This document shows, piece after piece, positions 21,901 through 34,324 of a stretch of DNA of 43,824 nt. The notes under the pieces are model-generated. The model had not been told where the DNA came from. It was given only the letters and a program-made list of their open reading frames with translations, and searched no databases. This stretch comes from Klebsormidium nitens. Lineage: Eukaryota; Plantae; Klebsormidiophyceae. Location: NCBI GenBank assembly GCA_000708835.1, contig DF237638.1, positions 1-43,824 of the forward strand, in the 5' to 3' direction. Each line of letters opens with the position of its first letter. Position 1 is the first letter of the stretch. A program made the translations under genes and the position numbers.

Positions 21901-24107
21901 GCCCCACTCCACCCTCCGCTTCACCATGTGGCCCACCGCCAGGAGCCCGCCCGCTCCACCGACCGCCAGCCGCGATCCGTCGCAGCTCCAAGCTACACTT
22001 CGCACCATGCTGCCCTCGAACGAGTAGTGCGATGCAAACACGCCGCTGCTCTCGCACAGGTACACCGCACCTGAGGAGGGAGCAGCAGGGGCGGGGGTGA
22101 GCTTGATAAGCAGGGAACGGCTGCGAGTTGCACGAAAGCACAAAGTCACAGCTGGGCGAGCAGCTGCACAGCATCCCCCCTGTACACTACACTGGCTTTG
22201 TCGGTGGCCTTCGTGCCTGCTTTGTCCGCACTTGGAGCCAAGTTTCCTCACACGCCTTTGCCCAGTTGCCTTCAAGGCTCACCGCGTGTAGCAACGGCCA
22301 GGTGGCAGCCCCCCGGCGCCCAGGCGAGGGCGGTGCAGGCGCTGGGCAGCGGTGCACTCTGGAACAGCGGCCGCCCGTCCGTGTCCCACACCTGCGCAGG
22401 GCCGCGCGCATCAACAAGGGAAGGCTACCTCAAGCGGGCACCGGGCGGGCACCATCGACCACAGCCCGCATGGCAGAGCAGAGGTGCGCAGGACAGGGCA
22501 AGGTCGTACCCCAGTCGATATGAAGGAGCAGGCCTTCCTGACCGGGTGTTCTGCGCCAAAAAGGCCCTGGAGGGCAGGTCCCCCTTCAGGGCTGGCTTGG
22601 TGCCTTACCTTGTAGATGGCGTCTTCCCCTCCTGACGCAATCTTGTCAGCGGCAGGGCTCCAGTCCACTGCCAGAATGGGCGCGTCGTGGGCTCTCCACT
22701 GTAGAGGCCTGGCCCCCGCGGCCAGGGGCGCCACCAGCAGCAGCCCCCCACGCGGGTACACCAGCGCGGCCGCATCAGGGCTCCACGCCAGGCACAGCAC
22801 CGGGCCATCTGCACCACAGCACTCTCCGGAGATCAATGACAGTCTCACCAAAGATGGAGCACCTCTGAACTTCTCAAAGCGCTTTTCGGACGAGTCGGCT
22901 TTCCTTCCTCCCGGCTGGGGAAGATTCTCCATGCAGGGCTCACCGATTTGCGCTAGGACGGAGCGCAGCATGCCGCTGCGAGACCAGATCTTGAGCGCCC
23001 CGTCCTGGCCCCCCGTGGCCACAGCAGTCCCTGCAGCCACAGGCCCACGCACCGAGATGAGCGGCAGGGAGGACAGCCGGAGACGAGCGGGGCAGGCCTG
23101 GTGGAGGGACGCCAGTGGGCAGAGGCAACTGTCCATTGCACGAGTGCATGAGCGCAGACTTGGCACAAGCCAAAGTTAGATCCATGCGTTGCTCATGAAA
23201 GAGCAGCACCATCAAGAGCGGACTGTCCTTCGCCCCAGTCAGGAGCTGACTAGCCAGTATTCCCACCTTCCTGGTTCCATTGGATGGCGGTTAGCGGGCC
23301 CGCATGCGCGTCCACTCGTTTCTCCTCCCGCCCGTTTGCCCGCATCAGCCGGAATGTGCCTGCCAGGCCCATGAGAGGACGGCCTTCAGTCTTCATGAAG
23401 CGTCAGGGCTTGCAGACATGGCCTCCCTCAAAACATTCGGGCAGCAAACACACGTGGGGCGATCATTGCCCCAGGTTTATCCCCCACGGCTCACCATCGT
23501 CCGCGGCCAGCAGGAAGACATCGGTGGTGGCGCCTGGCTGAGGCTTGCGAGAGGCGCAGGGGTACCAGTGCAGCGAGGAGCAGGGGGCATCCAGCTCACA
23601 TACCTGCACCCAGCCGCGCAGCGCAGGTCAGCAGCCAGCACGCAAACAGGCGCGGCGCAGGCAGCCAGAAGGGACGCAGACAGGGCACACCGCAGCAGCT
23701 GGCGGGCACGCATGGCAGCCAGAGCGCTCTGCCCTGGGCTTTGCGGAGGGCGGGGTACCTTGCTGGGCGGGTTCCCTTCCGCTGGCCAGCGCCAGAGGGC
23801 CTGGTCCTCGCTGCACGCCCACACGTCATTCCCCGCCGTCCAGGCCACCCCCGTGAGGCCCTCCGCATCTGAGGTCATTGGGGGGTCAAGGCGGGCCAAT
23901 TGCGCGGCAGACAGGGGACCAGGGAGCAGCAGGGCCCACCGCAGGGAGCAGAGCAAAGCACAGCAGAGCCAAAAACAGCAGACAGGGGGAAGAATAGTGC
24001 ACTGAAGGCTGAGCCTAGGGAAACCAATGCAGCATGCTAAGACTGAACGAGGCGGAGCGATGGTGCAGGATACGAGGTGCCGCCGCCTTGGTGACCTGCA
24101 GCCTCAT
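18982..24107 (-). CDS. IFT80: Intraflagellar transport protein 80 (IFT-B), full length
   Basis: Exon 1 24107-24074 joined to 23868 gives MRLQVTKAAAPHAEGLTGVAW. Then TAVATGGQDGALKIWSRSGMLRSVLAQ, WRAHDAPILAVDWSP...GGEDAIYKVWDTDGRPLFQS, LLLQAERLFLL, SLSNDTLAVVD, LALIDRNRDLY, WEAATRLCRCV, AEGILLQAGLVYRAIK and HVDTVLWYR, collinear with IFT80 as recalled. Last exon 19074-18982. Confidence 0.95.
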
Positions 24108-24861
24108 TGGGACCTCCCCAGCTTGGGGGGCAAGTGAGCAGGCTGGCGACAAATGAAGGCAGGCAAGGTCAGTTTCGATCAGAGCTCAGAGTTGAGCCTG
24201 TTCCCCAGGGGACCTGCTCCTCGTCTGTGCTGCAAGAGCAATTGGGCCAAGCAAGCAGCGCTGTATGGTCATCCAGAAGCTGTGGCGGGGCCAGCTGTGC
24301 TTTTCCTCACAGATTGATCAGCATGTGGAGCTGATTTTGCGGTGCCAAGTCTTTGATCAGAGCAAGCCCTCGTACGTTGGGCTGCTTTGTCTAAGACCAG
24401 CAGGGCTTGGCACCTCCGCCACCACTCTCATTCGCAGGTCCACCCTGCAGAATGCCTGCGAAAATGCTGTGCACACGTCTCTCCCACTCTCTGCAGTCTG
24501 AGTGAGCCTTCCGCAGCCAATGTTGCCAATGGGCTTCGGAAGACAGGCACCCAACTTCAAACAAGCAAGTCTCTGCGGTTAATATCATCGACGGTCGTCA
24601 TATAACCTGCTTGCCCACAGCATGAAATCGAACGGCTTCGCTTGCTTTCAGTCAGTGTGCGCGCTCCAATTCGTCCTCGGGAGTGTGCATAATATTCGAT
24701 TCTTGCCTTGCCAGTTGCAGGCAGCCTTGGTCCGCTCCCTACTTCCTGTCACAGGTAAATGTTGTAGGTAGCACTGGGTACTAGAGGTAGCAGCAAAAGT
24801 AGACTGTAGAGGGAGGTATCCGCAGCAGAAGCATCCCTAATTGAAGCTCGCTTCTCTCCCA
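24108..24861. promoter_or_regulatory. Putative bidirectional promoter between IFT80 and LRRC6
   Basis: 754 bp separates the two divergent ATGs. No specific cis-element identified; position-based inference. Confidence 0.5.
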
Positions 24862-27800
24862 ATGGCTCCCATCACGCATGCCATGCTCCAAAAGCGAGCT
24901 GAACACAACGAAGGAATTGTCTCGACACTGAAGGTGAGGCTTTGCTTCTGTGCTCCCGGCCCCTTTGCTGTACCGTGCAACTTTTAAGAGATTACACTCT
25001 GGTTTCCTGCTTCCCTGCGCGTGGATTCGTATCTGTGCTGTGCTTCCCTGGTGCTGGACCGTGGCTCCCCGCGTTGCAGGAGGTGTCCCTGCACCAGCAG
25101 GACATTGAGCGGATTGAGGGCCTGGGCCAGCTGTGCCGCCAGCTGGAGATCCTGTACCTACAAAACAACCTGATCAGCAAGATTGGTGAGCTCCCCCCTC
25201 CCACCCGCCAGGGTAACCCCTGGCAGGCCCTGTGCCTGGTGGTGTCAGCTTCTTCCCGCAGGGCACCTGCTGCCTGGGCCTGTCACATGCATGGTCCGCT
25301 GGCGAGGCAAGGGCACAGCTGCCGTGTCGCTGCTTGGCTGAGAGGGCAGTGCATTGGTGTTGCAGAGAACCTGGAGCGCCTCAAGGAGCTGAACTACCTG
25401 AACTTGGCCGTCAACAACATCACGCGGGTGAGCGCCTGGCGACTCTTTTCCTCTGGAACCGCAGCTGTGCGCAGTTGGCACTGTTTAAGTGCGTTGTTGC
25501 ACCCTGGCATCAGTGGACCCCCTAGCTTACGGCCACCCCTGCCATCGGCGTCGCTGCCGTTTGCTTTCTCTCCCCTCTTACTCAGCCGCTGCGCTGTGCG
25601 CCTGCAGATTGAGGGCCTGGAGCGCTGTGAGTCGCTGCGCAAGCTGGACCTCACAGTCAACTTTGTGGACAAGGCCGGCCTCCTCACCATACAGCGCCTG
25701 CGCACCAACGCCGCCCTGCGTGAGCTGTGAGTGCCGCCCCACCGTCCCTTGTTGCCCAGCTGGAGCTCTCGCTCTAGCAATGCCGTCCTGCTGCCTGGTG
25801 CCTTGGCTGCGGCCTGCTGTTGGTGACACTACGCCCCGTGTGCAGGTATCTCACGGGCAACCCCTGCCAGGACGTCCCCGGGTACCGCCAGTATGTGGTG
25901 GCCAGCTTGCCTGCCCTGCAGGTCCGCTCCCTGCCCTCATCTCCTCACAGCGCCGCGCGGCGTGCCCTGTATGCCACTCTGTGTCATGCCTGCCTGTCTG
26001 CTCTTCAACGCTTACGGCCCCCTGTTATACTGACCCTGCCTCCACCTTCCTGTGTAGCGCCTGGACGGAGTCGAGATTACAGCGTCCGAGCGCATCGCCG
26101 CAGCTCAGGTGAACCTCTCTCCCTTCACTCAACCCCCACCCCCCAGTAATCTTCAACATGGCGTCTTTTGCTTGCTGTGGCCTTAGTTCCGTGCTGGTGC
26201 AGAGGGCGCCCGCTGCTGGGTGTGCTTCCTCTGCTCACGCGTGTGATGTGCATGTGCAGGCGCTGCCGGCCATCCACGCACAGCTGCAGGCCGAGCTGGA
26301 GGCGGAGGGCGTGGATGTGCCCGCCCTGCTGCGCCCCACTGCCAGGCGTGGCGGCCCCGCAGCAACGCCTCCGCAAGAGGCCCACGACGAGCTGGAGCCG
26401 GCCTGGTGAGAGCGCGGTACTAGCAGGAGCAGCTGCGCTGCACAGAGGGTGGCGGCGGGCCCGCTGTCATTGTGTGCCGGTGGAGGGGCGTTCCGGTGTG
26501 CCTGCCCACTGACATCGTCGTGTCTGTGCTTGCAGGGACGCTGCCGGAGAAGCGGTGCGGCCGTACTCCGCTGCGACCCGCCTGGCCGAGCACCGTGAGA
26601 TGGCCGCGCTGCGTGCAAAGGCGCAAGAGCAGCAGGTCAGCCCCGCTGTCACCGTGCTCATCAGGCTTACTATCGGTATGCCTGGAACGAAATGAAGTGT
26701 GCTCGCTGTGTCGTTGCTTCACACAGTGCCCGTGCTAACCACTTCGTCTAACAGACTGCCGTCCTCTGGTGGGTGCAGGAGCGTACTCGAGAGGGCGCCC
26801 TTGCTGGCGAATCTCGCCCGCCTCCGCGCCAGGGCTTTGACCCGCTGCCCACCGCGGGGCGCATCTATCAGAAGAACGAGGGCAGGTGCGCACGACAGCT
26901 CGGATTTGGGACTCTGTGCCGCACCAGGGTGGCCCCTCCTCCATTTGCAGCGACTGCTTGGTCTGTCGACTGAATAGGTCGGCTGCTGGAGTGGCCAAGC
27001 CCCTGGCAGGTCCGAACCCCCTGCCGTGCTTTGCTGCTTTCCATAAAGTGCCGTGCTCACACCAGCATTGCCGAGTGCCTCTGACGTGCGTCCTTGTGGC
27101 GGCCTGCGTGCCAGGTGGGACTTCACTTTGGGCGAGGCTGCGGACGGGGCGGCGTGCGTGCTGGACGTGGCGGTGGGCCGCTTCCTGGACAGCAGCCTGC
27201 TGGCAGTCGACGTGCAGCCGCGCCTCGTGCGCGTCCTCATCAAGGGCCGCCTCCTGCAGCTCGCCCTCGCAGCCGAGGTCAGCCCTCCTAGCCGCAGCAG
27301 CCCAGGGCGAGCGCACGCGCGCTGCTGTTCCCCCCACTCGCCTCTGCTGACCTGTGCGCCTGCTCCTCCCGCTTGTCCCCCGCCCCCGTCCCATTGCTGA
27401 GCGGGTAGTGCTGGTGGTGCTGCAGGTGTGCACCTCGCGCAGCGTAGCACAGCGGTCGCAGACGACGGGCCATCTGGTGGTCACCATGCCCCTCGCCTAC
27501 CCGCACCTCGTGCCGAACCCGGTGCTCGCCCCGCCGCGAGCACCGCTGGCAGCCCGGGACTCCAATGGGCGGGGCAGCCGGCAGGTCGAGGAGCGGGGCG
27601 GCAGAGGCGGGGCCGTGTCCACGCGCATCCTGGCCCCGGAGAACAGCGAGGCGCAGGGCAAGCCAGGACCCGAGCAGGGGGCCGACCGGGTGAGGGAATG
27701 ACAGGAAGGTGCAGCAGGCGTGCACAAGGGCGCTTGACGCAAGACGTCGTTCTGTGACGACCCCCTCTATCCGCGTGTCTCGTAAAGGCCCCTCCTTGAA

Positions 27801-27972
27801 GATTTCCTTCAACCTGGCACGGATTCGCTGCTCTTCGTACGTACGCTGCCTAACGTCCGCCTCCCGCTTGCAGCGACCCGCCCATCCCGGCCCCCGGGCA
27901 GGCCTCCCCGAGAAGAAGTCGTCCATCAGCCGGAGCGGCGCTGCCGACACCGATATCCCGCCCCTGGAATAA
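24862..27972 (+). CDS. LRRC6: Dynein axonemal assembly factor LRRC6/DNAAF11 (LRRs + LRRcap + CS-like domain)
   Basis: [37 protein letters not shown]...[54 protein letters not shown]...YLTGNPC...[17 protein letters not shown], then [13 protein letters not shown]...[34 protein letters not shown]...[18 protein letters not shown] proposed last exon 27874-27972 ends DIPPLE*; without it the stop is at 27701. Confidence 0.93.
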
Positions 27973-29182
27973 AGTTGGCGCATGCAGTCGTCCTCGCGAG
28001 GGGCAGAGATTTCCGGGCGGTGCGCGCGCTTCTTTCCTACACGGAGGCAGAGTCGCTACCGGGAAACTGGCATCGGTAATGACCGTTCGAAGAACCCCTA
28101 GCCGGAGGCACCGGGCCGCATAGGCGCCCCTTGATCAGGCGCGTTCACGGTCGGGTGGGCACTGCGGCAAGGTCCACCGCAGGCCGGCCTCTCGTGCGAC
28201 GCGAGGTTGCGGGCTGGACACGGGGCAACGGAACACACATTCGCAATCAAGACGATCGCCCGATGTGCGCCCGCGGCAGATACCGTTGCCCTCAGCGGAC
28301 AGAGCACCCGGGTGGAAGCAGGCCGAGGGGCTGGCACCGCCCAGGGGTTACGAGCGCGCGCCTTGCCTTTGCCTTTCTGCTGCTGGGAACCTACATCCCT
28401 TCCAATTACCCCGTGAAAGAACCGGGGACGGCGAGCACCGTCCGGGTTTCGACAGTCCAAAAAGAAATATCCACGATGTCGAGAAACGGTCCGCGGCATG
28501 GCACCATTTGCGTAAGTACCAAACGGGAACTAATTATGCAGATCGATGGCCGATAAGCGTTGTCTTGACGCCTGCCTTGTGAGTCAGCATAGAACGAATT
28601 TTGTGCGCAAGTGGCTAAGCGATGTGAGAAAGACTTTCTCAACAGCATACTTTCAAGTACATCTATCGACTCCGACTGGCGTGCTATGCATCTGGACGGG
28701 CCATGTTTCGGCCTGTGTTCGCAAAAGACATAATTCATATTCAGATGAAAACGTCATTTTAGAGAGTAAAGAAAGCTTATATATAGATTGAAATGACCAA
28801 TCTGGGAACCGGAATACATATACTAAGCGGCTCGAAACCGTTGCCTGAATGCCTTTCTTCATGTAAGTCGTTGTTGACTTTGCTTTTCTGAAGCAAAACC
28901 AGTAATACCACCATGCTGCAACCTGTGGTCGAGAATTCAAGTCCATGCAATGAAAGGAACCCACCCGCTATACTGAGTGGATAGCATATTGCATATGCAA
29001 GTACACCACGCAGCTATGCCCAGCGTATTTGCAGCACACATACCGCATGTAAGTCTGCTGTGCCGGACTGAGGCCCTGCAATTAGCGAGTTCATGTTGAA
29101 AAGAGGTGGTTAAGGTCTTGACGGGTAGAATGGATGACGCCGACACTTGTGCACAAGTTTGTTCTTGCCAGAGACATTTCCG

Positions 29183-32100
29183 TCAAGCGGTTTCGGGCAG
29201 CCCCCCGTCACTGAGCGCCCCCTCGTCCAGCGTCCCCTCTACTTTCCACTTGAGGATGGCGCTCGTGTCGTAGCTCTTGCTCCCCTTGACCAGCCCCGTT
29301 CGGAGCACACGCTCCACGAACCGCTCCACGTCCACGTCCACGCGCGCGGCCACCATGCCCGGGATCTCCCCCGCCGCCACCATGCCGCACCCCAGCGCCA
29401 GGAGCGCCTCCAGCTCCGGCCCGGCCTTGCTGCTGTCGAACCTGCGACCAGGGAGTCAAACGGCGGAACACGCTCATCGCACCAGGCTTGCACCAGCGGG
29501 AGGAATTGTATATGCACTTCCTCTGTCTCACAGCGTATTCTGCAGGCTAGACTTCTAATCTAAGTGTGCCTGCTCACGGATCCTGCGCATGCCCACTTCA
29601 GAACGGCGGTTGTAGCGTGCGCCACTCCGTCTTCTCTCTGCCGGGGCTCACCTCTCGAGGGCGGTGCTGACGTCGGCGAGCGTGATGGTGCGGTTCTGCT
29701 CCGCGGCGTCGGTCCGCAGGCGGTCGAGGGCGGCGCGCAGGCGCGCGGTGTAGTCGCGCACTTCGGCGAGGTGCTGCTCCAGGGCCAGCCCCAGCAAGCC
29801 GGGGGGCGCCAGGCCGCTGCCCAGCACGTCCTCAATCACCACCTCCTGCACGCGGCGCACGCGCGCACAGCATCAGCGACGCACCACGACCGTCTCGCCG
29901 CACTGCGAGCCGGGCATCGTGCGAAAAAGGAAACCTGCCGAGCCCGCCTGCGTCTGTTGCGCGCGCTCACCTCCTTTTTGGCATGCGCGCGGAGGGCCTT
30001 GTGCAGCGCCTTGCGGCTGTCAGCGCTCTTGGCAGGGAAGAAGGCGTCGAGCGCCTCAAGGCAGTCCGCAGTGCGCGCCTTGGTATGGTTGGTGGGCGAG
30101 CACGCGCGTGCCACCGTCCGCAGCAGCTCCGCCAGCGCCGCCGCCATACGGCAGCCGTCGCGGTACGCCGCCTCGCTCAGCTCGCCAAAGAGTACCTGCA
30201 CGCCGCGCCGCGCTATCAGCACTTATAGCGCGGGGCAGCAAGGACCACGAAAAGCTGCCGCGCTCGGGGCACGGGCGCTGCCTTTCCGGCACCAGGCGAT
30301 GCTGACGCCGCCAAGTCGGACTTCAGGGCCCACAGACGTCCCTGCCGAGGGCGAGCCAAGCAACTGCCCGATGCTGGTCTCGCCGTCCTCATACCCGCAC
30401 AAACCAAGAATACTATGACCGCTACTCCAAAGAGACGTGAAAGCGCTAGCCTAGGGGGCCGCTTCCGCGACTGGTTGCGGCGCGGCTCACCGCGCGGAAG
30501 CAGTCGACGGGCGGCGGGAGGCGCGGGAGGCGGTGCAGGGCGTGCAGCATGGTGTACGTCCACTCCACCACCGCGCCGTGCGTCTCCACGCTGCGCCGCA
30601 CGTGCGCGTACAAGTACTCCTGCACGCACCGCACCCCGCGCGTGGTCAGCAACGGGAAGCGCACCAGCTGCCGAGGGCCGGCCCGGGAATGACAGGCAAG
30701 AAGAAGGGACCAGCGTGCAACACACAGGGGCGCGATAAAGCCTCGTCTACTGCGATCAGGGTGTATTTCTGCTCTCAAAGTCTGTTGCGACCCCGGCGCT
30801 CGCCCGCTGGCTCATGTTTGCGCGGGGGCGGCGTACCGGCATGGTGGACCGGGTGGCTCGCTCGGCGTCGAAGGCAGCCTTGCTGTCCCAGATGTCGGCC
30901 ACGGTCTGCAGGAACACCTCCTCGTGCAGTTGGATCTTGTGCACTGCCGGGCCCACCGCGCGCAAACACCGCGGCAACTCCGCACCACAGCCCAGCACCT
31001 GCAAGCGGGTGGGACATAGATTCGAACTTCCGTACGGACGTCATCAGTCAGGGCGGCTTGTTGTGGTGAGCTTTCCAGTCCCCAGGGATAGCGTGGTTGC
31101 TGAGTGGCGCTTCTAGGAAGATAGCAGCAGCTTCTGAATGGTCATCCGATCCCCTTCTCCCCGGTGCCGCGGTGGCCCCACCTTGAAGCGGTCGGGGTCC
31201 TTCCCGGCGACCCCCGGCAGCTCCTCGATGCTCCGCGCGGCGTCGGGCATGACGGCCACGTCGGGCGGCGCCAGACAGTCCGCCTCGCGCAGCCGCTCCG
31301 TGAGGTCGGCCAGCGTGACGCGCGCCTGCGCCGACTCCTCGCGCAGCCCGTCCACTTCCGCGCCCAGCCGCTCCGTCAGCGCGCACAGCTCCGCGGCCTG
31401 CTCCGCCGTGGCGCCGCGCGCGCCTGCGCCGCCATGCCGCAGCTTGGCCCACGCGGGCCGCGGCGTCAGCTCCCCGCGCCGCTCCTTGGCGGCCACCAGC
31501 GCGACCGCCAGCTTGGCCTGCACATCCACCAGCGCCACCTGCGCCGCGTCCAGCTCCTTCTTGGGCACGCTGCACCAGCACGGGCCGCGTCAGGGCAGGG
31601 CGCGCAGCAAAGCACGCGGGGCAGGGACACCGCAGGGCCGCCTTTTAGAACTGCCTTCCATCAGGTACCCAAAGGGGTACATCTTGGGGCAGAGAGGTAG
31701 AGTACAGGGGCCCTTCCGCTGTGACGTACAAGCACGGGCCCGGCTCCGCCGCTGTGGCTGCCTGTGGGTGGCGGCGCCCACCTGTCTGCGGCCTCGCGCC
31801 TCTCGGTCTCGAGGTGCGCCTGCAGGCGGTGCAGCTCGTGCACGCTTTGCTGCTGGGTGGCGCGCAGCCGCTGGAAGTCCTCGCGCTCCGCCAGCTGCAC
31901 GGCAGACCGGGGGGGGGCGCAGGTAAACGCTCAGCACGGCAGCGGCACGGCCAGGACAGGAAAGACGGCAAGGGTAGAGCGGGATTCGGGGAGACCGTGA
32001 CGGCAACGGGATCACGGCCAAGGGTAAGCACATTGGGCAAGACTTTGATAGGGAAGAAGCGCCTCTCGGGAGAGGGTGGGTGCGAGGTGCAGACCCGGCT

Positions 32101-34324
32101 GCACAGGAGGTGGCCGAGACAGCAGGCAGGGTTTGGCAGGACGGGTGCGCAGGGGGCGGTACTCACGCACTCGGCCTCGACCGCCAGCGCACGCTGGACC
32201 TCCTCCTTGGCGCGCAGCAGCTCCTTCTTCAGTCGCTTCATCTCCTCGCGCGTCAGCCGCACCTGTCACACCAGAAGCGCCTCAGGCAAGGGCCGACTTG
32301 CGGTGCGACTGCCTGGGGCAGCCGCTAAGCCTGGTGCACTCGACCTGAGCACAAGATGGGTCAGGATAGGCCCAGCCGTGGAGCACGACTTTGGTCCGGA
32401 AGCATAACAGTTGCTGGCTGCGCAAGTGCTGGACGGTCGACCCATGCTCCCCTCACATCCCGTGTTTTCTGCTGCCGCGGTGGCTCACCTCCGCCTTGGC
32501 CCCTTCGAACGCCTCCTGCCCCGCCTGCAGCTCGGCCCGCAGCCCCGCATTGGCGCCCTCGGTAGCACGCACCTGCGCCTCAAGCGCCTGCACACCCCGC
32601 GCCATGAGTCAGCCGAGCCCCAGAGCGCCTGTGTGCTGCTACTCAGTGTGCCACCAGTCTCGGTGAGCAAAGGGTAACAGTAGATTGCTGTGTCTCTTCT
32701 GGTGATTGTCACTCCACACGCTCCAGGAGGGGCGAGCGGCAGCCGCTGGAGGCGCGCCTAGGCTGCCCGGCCTGCGTTGGCTCACCTGCATCTGTTGCTC
32801 GATGCGCCCAACGTCCCCTTGCCGCTCCAGCAGCGCCGCCTTCCAGCGCTCCCGCTCTGCGGCCATCTCTGCCTTGTCCGCCTCTAGCCGCGTCACCACC
32901 ACAAAGAACGGGACCTGCAGGCCACCCACGCGCCGCAGGGTCAGAGCAGGCCGACGGAGCGGCGGCCACGCGCAGGCCGGTGCAACTCAGTGGGCCAGGA
33001 TGCGCCAGCTGCTCTCCCGCCAAGGTGGCAGAGAAGGACAAAGACAAGGAGACGGACAGACTCTCTTCCTCGCCAGCTCTTGCATCCGTGTCCTTTTCCA
33101 CATCATGACCGGCTGGCATGAGCAGGTTGGCGGTGTTACCTGGTCGAAGGTGAGCGAGCCGTCGCGCGAGAGGAAGTGGTCGCTGTAGATGGCGCGCACC
33201 AGCTCGTCGCGGATCACCGTGAGCACCGCCGCAAACGGCAGGCCCAGCTCGCACAGCTCGCTCAGCAGCTGCACCACCATCCGCGAGTGCGCAGACGCGG
33301 GTGAGGAGGACAGCAACCGGGGGTGGACCACGGAGTAGCACAGGAGACGCGCTGGTCAGGAGGAGGAGTTCCAACAAGACGGCATGCCTCTATGACTGCG
33401 TTAACGAATATCCTGCGGGGGGGTGAAAAAGCAGAACCCATCCGATTCAACTGCCCCGGAGTGTCTGATCCTGCTGGCTCACCTGACAGCACACTGCAGT
33501 GCGGTAGGCATCGGGTGCCCCGGGTTCTTCCGCTGTGGCGAGCCCCTTCTGGTCCTTTTTCCCCTTGTGCAGCATCTCCCGTAGTTTCACCTGCATGCGG
33601 CACAGCGCGGATCGTTGGCAAAGCTTGGGACACCCCCACCAGCTGCCTTGCTGCGGCCTGATGCGCGCCGTGACTGTGATACCTGGCGCGTCTGAGCATT
33701 GATGGATCTGCGTGAGGTGCAAGTGCCTGGAACCTAGCGGTCTTGCCTGCCCACAGCCTGGCCTCCTGGGCCAGGATCTGTGCAATGTGATCAACTAACC
33801 CCCCATAATCATGCTCCACGTTTCATTTCCCCATGCCCATGGGGTTTGGCCAGCCACAATGCGTGTTGTCTCGCGCACATACTCTGACTTCATGAGCGCA
33901 ATTGGGTCAGAGTCAGTCCCATGTTGCAGCAGCCAGGTATTGTAGAACGGCATGCGGCATGGCTCGTGCGTCTCCCCGGCGGTGCCGCTGCGTGCCTCAC
34001 CTCACAGTAGACGGCGGTGGAGCGGAACCTGTTCTCTTTGCCCTGCAGGCTGGGCGCCACGCTGCCCATCGGCGCCGTCACGCGCTCCACCTGCTGCTGC
34101 CACGTCTTGGCCACCACGTGGGGGCCCAGAGCGCCCGCCGCCACCGCCGCCCCCATTCCCTCCGTCTCTCCGGTGCTGCCTCGCCGCAGCTTGCTCGCAG
34201 CACCATTGGCAGCCAGGTCAGCAGCCGGCCTGGCCGTGCTTGAGGCCGACTTGCGGGACGGCTTGCGGCCCGAGGCGGGGCCGGCAGCAGCCCCTCCTGC
34301 TGCTAATGCTGGGATGCGCAGCAT
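29183..34324 (-). CDS. TSNAXIP1: TSNAXIP1-like coiled-coil protein (translin-associated factor X-interacting protein 1 family)
   Basis: The spliced product has AVLTVIRDELVRAIY, a long coiled coil, VLGCGAELPRCLRAVG...VADIWDSK, EYLYAHVRR...AVVEWTYTMLHAL, VLFGELSEAAY, FFPAKSADSRKAL and EQHLAEVRDY, in the order recalled for the TSNAXIP1 C-terminal half. Start MLRIP at 34324. Confidence 0.75.

Noticed and set aside
24357-24588. Minus-strand ORFs here as IFT80 first exon
   Set aside because: The exon at 24107-24074 (MRLQVTKAAAPH) fits the IFT80 N-terminus and splice phase much better.
27690-27784. TGA read-through/selenocysteine extension of LRRC6 (in-frame ...TGA...[18 protein letters not shown])
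   Set aside because: It needs two read-throughs with no SECIS evidence; a normal phase-0 intron to the DIPPLE* exon is simpler.
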